From Macrostomum lignano (taxonomy: Eukaryota): a stretch of 64,000 bases of DNA. The notes under the pieces were generated by a model. It had not been told where the DNA came from. It searched no databases and saw nothing but the letters and a program-made list of their open reading frames with translations. Where the stretch lies: assembly GCA_002269645.1 (NCBI GenBank), contig NIVC01002558.1, positions 97,738 to 161,737 of the forward strand. The letters are read 5' to 3'. Position numbers and translations under genes: made by a program. This document shows positions 48,500-59,699 of the stretch, in pieces (positions within the stretch are counted from its first letter, which is position 1; the number at the start of each line of letters is the position of its first letter).

Positions 48500-50185
48500 T
48501 TACACTATGATCGAGGGCCTCTCCCCCCCCCCCGGTTCTCTCTTTGCCGGCCGGAAGGCCGCCCGCTTGGCACCTCTTGACGGTGGAGAACCGTTGCACC
48601 AGCACTCGTCTTCCTCTTCTTCTTCTTCTTCTTCGTCGTCATCGTCGCCTTCATCGGCGTTGCTAGCCGCGGCGGCGGCCTTGGCGCGCTTGCCAGGCGT
48701 GAAGTTGCCCTGCTTGTAGGCCTTCATCTCCTGCGGGTTTTTACAAGTTAAGAATATGTTATTTAAATAAACTAAAATCTATAAATATTTTAAATAAGTT
48801 TGTCTGTGTGTCTTGCAATTAAACTCCTAGACTACTGGCAAGTCAGCGTCGTAACTTATATGGGAAAATTGCAAATTTTCCGGATCAGGCTTGTAGGCTA
48901 TTTTGATCTTCATTGTCACATTTTTTGAATTTATTAGTCTTGGTTGACGGAGATGATATTGATTGATAGTAGTTTACCAGGGGATTTTGATAGAATTCAG
49001 TTTTATGAAGAGCATTTGATGAAGTTCTATTTCACGGAGAGGATTTTGGTGGAGTCCTGTTTCACAGAGATGATTATGATGGAGTCCTGTTTCACAAAGA
49101 GTTATGTTTCACGGAGAGGCTTTTGATAGATATATGTTTTACGAAGAGGATTAATCGATTTTGATGGATTTGGAGAGGACTTGGATGATGGGATTCGGGT
49201 TATGGTATTCAGCTGATGGAGTTCAGGGAATGGAATTCTGGCGATGGGAGTTCTTCCCTTTTCTCCTCCAAAGGAGTTCCACTTTATATAATATTGATCA
49301 AGGTACAAGATCCCCATTCTAAAAGTTATGATCCCCGACTCCCCTGAGCAGGCATGCAAGCGCACGAATGCGTAGGCTGTCATACGCACAGGCACACACT
49401 CAAACAGGAGTGTACAGCGGCCCTAACATTGCTGTCAGTGCATTCACTTTCTACCCAGGGTACGGCAAACTCTGGCCCGCAAAGCCTCTCTATCCATTCT
49501 CCTATTTCTCTTCTCTATTCTCTCTCCTTTCTCCCTTCCTCTGGCCCGCAGTCATGCGCTAGGTTCTCTATCTGGCCCTTGAGGTAAAAAGTTCTACATC
49601 ACTGTTCTACATCAGCATTGTCGTACTACTCAGAGTTGATGTCCAGGCATTTTTAAAAAAGTATAAAAATATTATAACTTATGCAAGGAAGTGAATTAAC
49701 CAAAGTAAACCTACCATCTCGTATCGCTGTCGGTCGCGGGCGACTTTCTCTTCGTACTTTTTCTTCGAAGTGCAGTTCTCCCAACGGCGTCCCATCTCTT
49801 TGGCGACATCGCCGACTCGCCAGGTTGGATTGGCGGCTTGCACCTTCGGGCGCTCATCTTGGCAGAATAAAAAGAAAGCGGATAGGGGCCGCTTCGGTTG
49901 GTTTGGATCCTTTTGCTTCTTGCGCTTGCGGCCTTTGCCTCCGTCGGCAGGCACGTACGACTTCATCTCGCGGTTAAAGCGCTCCTTGTCTCGAGCGGCC
50001 ATGTCTTCAAATCGCTTTTTCTCCTTGGCGTTCATTGTCTTCCACTTCTCGGCGCACTTTTTAGAGAACTCGGTGAACACTACAGACTCGTTCGGGTGCT
50101 TCTTTTTGTGCTCTTCGCGAATAACTTGCACAAAGCAAGCATAGGCGGTCATGGCGCCTTTTGGTTTTGCACTGTCTTTTACCAT
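48500..50185 (-). CDS. HMGB: High mobility group box protein (two HMG boxes plus acidic tail), 2 exons, ~233 aa
   Basis: Exons 50185-49715 and 48730-48500 (phase 0). [38 protein letters not shown]; [24 protein letters not shown]; D/E tail [16 protein letters not shown]. Confidence 0.95.
49456..49590 (+). mobile_element. hAT (Charlie-like) MITE fragment in HMGB intron; related fragments at 50460-50626 and 43883-43957
   Basis: Left end CAGGGTACGGCAAACTCTGGCCCGC; shared CTCTGGCCC..GTCATG..GGTTCT.TATCTGGCCC.TGAGGTA; right end AGTTTGCCAACCCCTG at ~50626 and ~43957. Confidence 0.6.
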
Positions 50186-52867
50186 GCTAGAGCTGAGTGT
50201 CAGGTTCTGCAAAGTAAAGTTTCAGTAGTTTAATATAAGATATAAAAACAGTGGTTAGGGTTTTTGAGGCCCCTTTTCCTTTAAAAGTGAAAAATAGCAA
50301 AATAAGATTATTGCAAGTGAAAAAAGGGTAAGTCTCATTTTTGGTAAACACATGGCCAGTGTAAATCAGAGGGGTTGCGCATGTATCATCTGGCACCTTG
50401 GATCCTTTAAAACTTTACAAAAGCAATCTGGTCCGCTCAAATTTTGTTGTCTTATGTCAGCTCTCTGCTCTCTAATATCCTCTAATCCCTTTTCTCTCAT
50501 CTCCTCACTTTTTCCTAGCTAATCTCCTTTCTCTATTCCCTCTTTTCTCTTTCAATCCTCTGGCCCATGGTCATGTGCGAGGTTCTTTATCTGGCCCATG
50601 AGGTATAAAAAGTTTGCCAACCCCTGGTCTAAAGTAAGCCTAATACAATTGAGCAAACCTAATACAAAAAATTAAAATACAAGAGTGGGAAAGAGATATA
50701 CTTTTAGGAATCAATATCAACACTAAAGACAAAGGGCCAAATAATTATAAGCAAAGGCATTTGTGAAAACATCTTAGTCAATAAAGAATAAGAATTGGCA
50801 AGGAAAAAATCTGGGCAATTAAATACACAGAAATTTGGGCCATCCCTAAAAATTGGCCATTTTAAGCCTGGCCCCAATTTAAGCCTCACCCTTACCACTG
50901 ATTATAGAAGTAATGAGCACATGGGAAATTGATTAAAATCTCCTATAGAACTAGGATTTCAATAGTGAAGCCCTGACCAACCTAGAAGATGAACACAATA
51001 ATGCAATCTAGATTTTATTTAAAAAACATATATGCAAGACCCATGAGACTTTCCATATCATAGATCACATCTTTCCCTATTAAGCCAAGAATAATACACT
51101 GCAAATATTTGCAGCTAAAACCATGGACAAAATCTAAATGATTTCATTAAGGAATTACTAGATTTAGACTATTCCATTGAAGAGCCATTGGTTCTATAGT
51201 CAAACAATACTATAGCCTAAAGACTCACAAAATATTTTATTTGTCTATCAATTTGCACTATAGGGGGGCCTTTGATGTACAATAAAATCACATATTGAAT
51301 CAATGAGATCCTTGGTATACAGCTTCTTTGATGAATTTTATATTAAAAAACAATTGCTTAATCTTATCTATTTTTTATAGATACAAGAATTAATGTAGCC
51401 AAGGGGGGATACAAGGAATTTGTTTCCCCTTGGAGACAGCCAGGAAGTGTAAATTTTTTATTGCTTTGTATTTAGCTTATATCGCTAACATTGGATATAA
51501 ATTAATGCATCTATACATGCGCAACAGTTGGCTGAGTCAGCCAACCAATTTGGTAGCTTTCTACTTTTTAAGCTCAAAAAACATTTAAACAAATGTTTTG
51601 TGCTATTGATTTACTACTATAAATGATAGGTTAAAGGCAAAGAAAGATAAATAATTAATCAAATTAGCCAAAAAGCATCTTTTACATAATATAATCTATA
51701 ATCACAAAAAGGTCATTTACTCTAGCAATGTAAAAAAGGTAATTTATTGTTGCAATACTAGCTTAGTCTTTCAATTCATAACATTCATATTCATATCCAC
51801 ATATTCACATTCATCACATTTATAAATAGATTTTTTGTATGCAAATTTATATTTCTTTAATTTTTGTTTAGGTATAGGCCTACACCCAGCATGATTTAGA
51901 CTGTGGCATAGAAGTGTCACATAGAAGCAAGTCAGATGATATCTAGCTAAATAATATTGGGGTAGGGCAATCTACCACGTTGAATTGGTGAAATTGCAAC
52001 CTGTTGTGCAAGTCTGTCATGACCCCTTTTTGCGTCACTTAGTACACCACCCCTGGCCCCATCTTTTGCCAAAGTAAAATTTTTGTTTTTTTCCATTTGC
52101 GTTATTAGTGTCATTCATTGCCCCATTGTTTGCCCTATCCTCTGCCTTACCCCCCTGCCTTGCAGCCCCATCTATTGCCCCATCCCTGTCTGGATGGCAC
52201 AATTTTTCCATTTATAAGGCCAATTCAGACTGCCAATTTGTCATGCCTTTCCATCTTTATTGTTTTAATTGTTTGGTTTGTTTCTTTGTTAGTTTGTTTG
52301 TTTATCCTGCTTGCTTGTTTATCTTCTTAGTGTGTTTAATAGTTTGCCTTTCATTAAATTAGTTTAGTGTATTTGCCTTTTATTAGTTATTCGTCTAGCA
52401 CCTGGCATTAGCCACGATCATTCTTATAAATAATAATAAAATATTTGTTTAACATTGCCTGCTTAATAAATAATAACTAATAAATTCAGTAATTAATCAA
52501 AGCCCTTAATAGTTTATCTTGAGTTATTTGCCCATGGGGCATTAAACAACCAAATTAATCCCAACTCTAAACAAGCTGAGATCTCAACATTCCATAATAC
52601 GAAATTATGGTGGTGGCAGCATTACTTTACTAACAGTAATCAGTTCAGCAACTTAGAAAACAGATTTACAGTGTCTAGACCTTTGAGTCTAAAAACTGAA
52701 TGACTATGCCTATTCAAGACTACTTGACTACAATTACGACTACCCTTCCCCTGGACTTGAGAACCTGGCTGTCGGAGTAAAACAGGAGGAAATAATTTGT
52801 TGTGATTCATCTATGCAATTTCTGGCTTTATTTGTGCAAATGCAATGCCAATCGGTTTTGAAGAACA

Positions 52868-53711
52868 CCATGACTAGGGACACGGCGGCCGTGCCTCTAA
52901 CTCTATGTCTAAGGACATGGCCGCTGTGTCCCTAGCTCCCACGCTACTCTGTGCCTAGAGCCACAGTGGCCGTGTCTTTAGCTGTGTGGACTCGTAGCAT
53001 GGCCGCCGTGTCCCTAGCTCTGTGTATAGGGACACGGCGGCCATGTTCCTAGTAATCTACCACTTACATGCCTGGGGGCACGGCGGTTGTCTCTGAACAA
53101 TGGGCTTTAAATGCAACATGATGCGCTAACATATATGTATATAAAGTAATTGCACGGTACTATATGTATTTTGTAAGGTACTTTAGGCATGGTAGGTAAG
53201 AAGTTCAATTCTTAAATTATATTCCTGCAAACAGTCAATTTCAACAAAAATGCTCAAGATATATATGCATCAAAAAGCAATAATAAATAGAACAAAAAAC
53301 AAACAAGTTTGCGCATTCCATGACACAGTATACTTGTGCAATATAGTAGTATAATTTAAAAAGAGTTTTAGTATATTGGATTGACACAATAACAATATTT
53401 GACTGTCTTTATGGACACTACCGGCAATGTTCGAGCTACCTTACATACATGTATCAAATCATGTTGCATTTAAAGCCATTGTTCAGAGACAACCGTCATG
53501 CCCCCAGGCATGTGAGTGGTAGATTACTAGGAACACGGCCACCATGTCCCTATACACAGAGCTAAGGACACGGCGGCTGTGCCACAAGTCTACACAGCTA
53601 AAGACACAGCCGCCGTGGCTCTAGGCATAGAGTAGCGTGGTAGCTAGGGACACAGCGGCTGTGTCCTTAGACATAGAGTTAGAGGCACGGCCGCCATGTC
53701 TCTAGTCATGG
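52868..53711. mobile_element. Fold-back element with ~250-bp terminal inverted repeats
   Basis: 52868-53122 is the reverse complement (with scattered substitutions) of 53458-53711; arms contain repeated GGACACGGCGGCCGTG motifs. Confidence 0.9.
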
Positions 53712-54033
53712 CGTTTGAAAAAACCCTAAAGAAAAAACCAAATTTCCAAAGTGACCAAAAAATTTATTCAACTTCCTTTGCCCCACTTTAATATCAAGCT
53801 AACTAGCTAAGTAACATGCATTATAGGCCCTAATTAAAATAGATTATACATATAGGCATTTTCAACTGACTAGGCCCTAGGCCTAGGCAGTAAAGGACTT
53901 ACAAAAGCTTAATGTCCTTACTTTTTTTGCCTAGCCATGCTATGTAATACACATATAGCCCCCTTATAGTAATTTGGTTATTTGGTATATAATAGATAGG
54001 CCTAAGACTTTTGAAGTTATAAAAATGGCAGTG

Positions 54034-54746
54034 CTTATCCCCATGGTACTGTAGGAATAATTTTTGTCTTATTCCAACGGTACTGTGCGAATAATTTTCT
54101 GCTTATCCGCATGGCACACTGAGGAGATAGCTGCCCTATCTTCTACATATGCCGTGCGAATAATTTTTTGCTTATCCACATGGCACACTGACGAGATAGC
54201 TGCCATATCTTCTACACATGCCATGTGGGAAGTTTAGTATATACAATTTGAGTGCAGTATAATAACTTTGTTGAATTATTATTGAATAAGTATACAGAAG
54301 GGTATCAGTAAAGCAGAATAATACGTATTTACACATGCATATACTAGTCTAGAACTGATTCGAGTTTATACATCAAGATCAACAGCTTTTTAGTATCCTC
54401 AGTTCAAATTTCCTTTCAATAAGCTATAAACTATTCATGCACAGCATATATATATAGCAGATAGGGCAGCTAGTAAAATAGAGGGAATAAAACAGAAGAT
54501 GTGTAGGGCAGCTATCTCGTCAGTGTGCCATGCGGATAAGCAGAAAATTATTCGCACGGCATATATAGAAGATAGGGCAGCTATCTCCTCAGTGTGCCGT
54601 GTGGATAAGCAGAAAATTATTCGCACAGCATATGTAGAAGATAGGGCAGCTATCTCCTCAGTGTGCCGTGCGGATAAGCAGAAAATTATTCGCACAGTAC
54701 TGTTGGAATAAGACAGAAATTATTCTTACGGTACTGTGGGGATAAG
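54034..54746. mobile_element. Fold-back element whose arms contain ~69-bp tandem subrepeats (2 left, 3 right)
   Basis: CTTATCCCCA..GTACTG termini inverted; unit GTGCGAATAATTTTCTGCTTATCCGCATGGCACACTGAGGAGATAGCTGCCCTATCTTCTAC and its reverse complement. Confidence 0.9.
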
Positions 54747-54929
54747 GTTTTACCTATAAAAATATCATACTATGACATATATCATGACAAAGCCATTTAG
54801 CTAGACTAGGGACTAGGCCTATCTGATTTGAAGTCTCTATATTAGCATCTATAGATGGAATTCCTAGATAAACAACAAGGTCAAAGCCAAAAGATTAATA
54901 TAAATCAATAGGCCTAATAGGCCCTAGAG

Positions 54930-56482
54930 TAGGGAGTCCAGTCAGCTCCGCGCAAGGCGGGAAAATTTCGAAAAAAAATGGAAAACAGTATTGACTTCAA
55001 TAGTATATAGAATGCAAACGAGAAGGTTTTAAAGAAAACCAAGATATACACAAAAGAGCTGATAAAACCTACTTTCTAATGAGTGTTTGTGTTTTTATAT
55101 CAATAAAGCATGTACAAAGTTACCGTTCATCAAAATTTCCGATTTTTTTGCCGAAAGTGTAATTTGAAGCCATTTTAATGGGAATATATATGGTTTCAGA
55201 AAGTTGAAAATGTAGACAAAAATCATTGGAATATAACAAAATATGACAACTCCAGTTGGAAGTACTGATATTTTGTTAGTTAAAAATAGGATTCCAAGCA
55301 AAAAAAATTTTTTTTATCTAGCCATATACGAGGCTTGAAAATTATTTTTTTCTTTTTCACCCTTAGCGGCAACAGCGATGGCCGTTTTGAATTCTTTTTT
55401 CTAGTTTACGTTTCACGCAGTTTCTAATGCAGAAAACTGCTTGTTAATATGTATTCCCGCATTTACACAATACTAATTCAAAGTTTGAGCCAAAATACAG
55501 GTAAACTGCCATTTAAAGTAGAAAATGTTGTGCAATTTTTCAAATATGCATCGATGGTGTTTTTTTCTTTTGTATTATTATCTAAACTGGCATACAAACA
55601 AGACGAAACAATGATCTCATTGCCAGCTCTTCCCGCAACTCCAGTGATGGCACCGATGTTTTGGGTAAACAGCAGGAGTAACTATTACTACTGTTTCATA
55701 GGAAAGTGACTCGTCACCTTATTAGTCAAATGATTTTGAGTTTACTATTAAGTTTCATTGCATTGGACATTATATGTGCATATAAGCATGTATGTACATG
55801 AATACAATGGCTGTACAATTTACTTATTAATCGAAAAAAGCAACTTAACTATGAAAAAAGCATAGGCAAAGTTAACGTAATGTTTGGGTAAACGGCGGGA
55901 GTAACTATGACTGTATAATGAGAGCTAAATGCCTCATCAGCTAATCAGTACTACTTTTGAAATGTTTTGAATGTGCATTTTTGCAGCTTACCTTGGCTGG
56001 GCCCCTTGCCAGCCAGCTGGATCGGCTTGGTGTTACATCTGGATGATCTATATAAGGACAAAACAGGATATACAGAAGTTAACACAAATAATTATGATAG
56101 CAAAAACTTAAATACCAAGAGACTATACTGAATATTATTGCTACAGGTACAAATAGTGCTCTGCATATAAAAATAAATAAAAAGTAGCAAAAGAATGCAA
56201 AAAAATGACACCTTAAGCAAAAAAATCTATTTGGTAGTTCAAAAGTTATGTAACTTATTAGTCAAAAAAATGCTTCTTTTCGCAAAAATGATCACAGTGG
56301 CTTATAGGAAAAATACATTACGGAGACAACAAAATATATGGCACTAAAAGTGCTATAACTTTTTTATTACTTGACCAAAATTCAAAAGTGAGGTGTCATT
56401 TTGCTCATATAACTAAGATCTACCAAATGGTATAGAAAATAATTCTGAATTTAGAAGTTTCAAAATCTCACTGGACTCCCTA
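54930..56482. mobile_element. 1.55-kb non-autonomous DNA transposon with TAGGGAGTCCAGT TIRs and 7-bp TSD
   Basis: TIR 54930-54942 / 56470-56482; direct repeat CCTAGAG at 54923-54929 and 56483-56489. Confidence 0.72.
55817..55955 (-). ncRNA. 28S rRNA helix-69-region homologous element, copy 2
   Basis: + strand GGGTAAACGGCGGGAGTAACTATGAC (26/26 to the LSU consensus)-15 nt-AAATGCCTCATCAGCTAATCAGT; flanks align with copy 1. Confidence 0.55.
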
Positions 56483-57526
56483 CCTAGAGGCCTAATTAAG
56501 CTCAATCAATGAACTAGGCCCAAGGCTTATTAATTTTAAATTTTTAATCAACCTTACATTAACATGGCATTAACATTAGGCTAGATTGGATTTGATTTTG
56601 AAGCTTTGATAAAATTCTTAGGGGTTGTACTATAAAGCTGTCATAGCGTAAGTTTGGTCGTATGTCGGAACTTTTACACTGCGGAGATGGGAGCTAAGAA
56701 CGATCTTATCTTACGATGGCTTTATAGAATGGGCCCTTAGTCTTTTTTCAGCAGGTTAGTCGTATACTTTAAAAATCAGGAAGCAACTTCTTTATTTAGG
56801 TAAATTAGGTAAAAATTTGACTAGGCCTAATTATACATAAATTTAAATAAAATTTTATAATGACAAAATGATTGATTGAAGTAGGAGAGAAATGGAAATA
56901 TTTATAGGGGCCTAAGCCAATAAAGATGATCGCAGGTTGACTTAAATAGGCCTAGCATCAGACGTAACATAGACGACGTTGATATGTTACGTCAAAGCGA
57001 ATTACTAAGCTAACTAGCAAATGGAAATGGGGTCTATATATTATACAATAAGAATATGAGTATGAGTGATGCCATACCTCAAACTCAGTAAAGCTTCGTC
57101 GATTTTTACTCTATAAGCAGTGTTTCTTGATTGGAGTAAGGAGTAGAGTTTCACCTGATCAAAACGCCAAAAAGAAATGAGCAGAACAGAATGAAACGCT
57201 TATTTGACAATATAATATCACGTGATAAGCTTTCCAGCCAATAAAAGTTGAGCAGTCTCAATTTAACAAATAAACATATTTATTTATATATTCTAAAACA
57301 GTTTAGATTCAACAATAAAACTTTTACTAATAGATAGATGGTATAAGTTCGCCTATTTTAATGTAAACAGGCTAAACAGCTTTTGTGATGTTTAAGTAGT
57401 GTGTATTTTTAATTTCAGAAATTTGGTAAAGTGGCCCTCGCTTGGTCCAAGTAAAATAAAGAGAAATTTATTCTTTATTTCAGAAATTTATTTTAGACGT
57501 GTACGATGTACACTAGTGAATACAAA

Positions 57527-57625
57527 ATCCCGAGTTTCGCTAATCCCGGGATTCTCGGGATCGGGATATCCGACTTTGAAAATCCCGGGATTCTCGAGGA
57601 TTCCGGGATCACGGGATTGAAAAGG
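57527..57625. repeat. Cluster of ATCCCGGGAT-type palindromic motifs (probable DNA-transposon subterminal relic)
   Basis: Several AATCCCG/CGGGAT motifs within ~100 bp; one more at ~58332. Confidence 0.45.
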
Positions 57626-59699
57626 TTTCTAATTTTTGTTGGTGCAATTTTGGTTTACGAAGCCATCAAATATGATTTTAAAGGGCTTTGAATGATAAAA
57701 GTACAACAACAACAACAAAATACGCGACCCCGCATTCACAGTTAGGGCAGGGCGCGTCAGATGGCGCGCCGCAGAGCCTGGGAGCGAACAAAGTCCGCTC
57801 TGTTGGCAGTGTCGGGCGCCCCCGGCGTCGCACAGGAGGCAGTCCACGTATCGACGGGTTCGGGCCTGACCACGCCTGAATGGACCCTGCAAGGTGAGCA
57901 GCAGGACGTCCTGAACAATATTCTGCCCAATATACTTTTTTAAGATTTTAAGACTTTTGAATAAAGTCTAACAGAATAAAAGATTTTGCAAACAAGAAAC
58001 TGACAATGAGCTTTGAATTGGAGTGTGATGTACGGGCTGGCGTAGACGTGCTTTTTTACATGCCAGTATCAGCTCAGAAAAATCACACTTAAATGTGATG
58101 TCACCTGGGGGAATGATACTGTAGCTTACAGCAGAGCTATGGCCCGAGGTACTGATACATGGGTAGAAGGGGATCAGACCTCACCCTCCCAAGGGCACTT
58201 GCCCTATAGATGGAGAATGGGTACATGTAGCTTGGGTTGTGGTCCGATAGCAAGGTCTCACTGTTCTAATCCCAACACTACGGCTAAGGAGTTTTGAAGG
58301 TAAGGACTGCATAAAAGGCTCTCTCGATGGTCAATCCCGGGATTATATTCTCTAATGTACACGTGTACATGCACTCACCAACAGTCTGTTGTGTACTTGT
58401 AATTTGCGTTAATTTCAGCGATCAAAGCATACTTATTTGCTTATGGCTCTATACCCATGCCTCTTTGCTCCTATTTTATGCATGCGAGAAGTGAAAACCT
58501 ATAAAATACGAGTATTAAATAAAATAACCAGAAAAGACGCGACTTGATATGATCCGCGATAACTGTATGCATTTGGTCATTGGCAAGCTAATTGTCTCTT
58601 TTTATTTGCAACACAGTCAAAACGCCACCCTAGCTCGACCCATGCAGTGCGCCTGAGCAAGAGTTAGAAAACCTTGCGTCATTGCAGTGTAGTGAGCTGA
58701 AGTCAATCGCTGGGTGGCGGTTTGGACTGCATGTTGCTGAGTAGCAAAGGCGCACCACATGACAAAATGTAAATTAAAACTTAATATTTTATACACATAC
58801 CCCCAGTAGTAAAATCGATGGCGAATTCTTTTTTTCGGGATGGATGCCAAACATGGTTATTACATTCGTATGGTTGTAAAGTCGGCCGTTATGAGTCATA
58901 TTTTCGTCCTAAACACTTATAGAATATATAGCCAATAATGCATTTTAATAATTTACAGCTCATTGTAAAAGAACACTAAGGCAATCGATTATTCACAGGT
59001 TACTGAGAATTTTAGACAATTAGGGTCAGTTTGCGAGTTGTCAGCATTTCATCGACCTCATGGTCTGGTTCCCGTATGGATCCTACGGCATCGTCAAAAG
59101 GGACCTCCATGGGTCCCTTTTGTTCAGTCATTCTGTGATGGCGTTCATTCAATCCGGGGCCCTACCGGAAGACGACGACTGGCGATAGCGTGCGCCAACG
59201 CTACGACTACTACGGCTTTGACCTGCATCCAAGCAAACCTGTTGCTACGACGCGACTCAAGCTGGCAGACTTCTTATTTCCGCATCGAGTCGTAGTGTCC
59301 ATATTCGGTACACGAGGTGATTTTTTTTAAATTCACAAAATACGTTGCAACTGAGGAAGCTGAAAATTCTGGTATATATTTTTTATTAACGATAGCTTGC
59401 TGTGGCAGGCAGCAGCGAACTCGATTTTATTTTGAGTGTGGCAAGCGACTGCTGCAGAGGCGTCACAACAAAGAGTATTTAAATATTTTTTTGGATTCGA
59501 CAAATAAATATGGTTCAAAAAGATTGAAAATCTTGTCAAATCCTTTCGTGGTATTGCTCTGATAATAACATTTTCTATACAGAGCTACAAAGTGTCTTAA
59601 TTGAAGAAATCCTCGTATCGTAATTGCCATTCTGTTAATCCTCCAGGTAATCCTCCAGATTATCCTCCAGGTAATCAATCCCTGGAATTTTGGTATGGT

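Noticed and set aside
49456-50626. Composite hAT element capturing HMGB exon 1
   Set aside because: Outer ends look like TIRs, but the flanks (TTTCTACC versus GTCTAAAG) show no TSD; two truncated copies are more likely.
41842-55949. True rRNA genes
   Set aside because: Only ~65-nt interrupted matches with no surrounding rDNA.
57688-57943. Plus-strand first exon (MARRRAW.. with AAG|GTGAG donor)
   Set aside because: The same segment has a minus-strand acceptor and could be the last GABA-B exon; strand cannot be decided from sequence.
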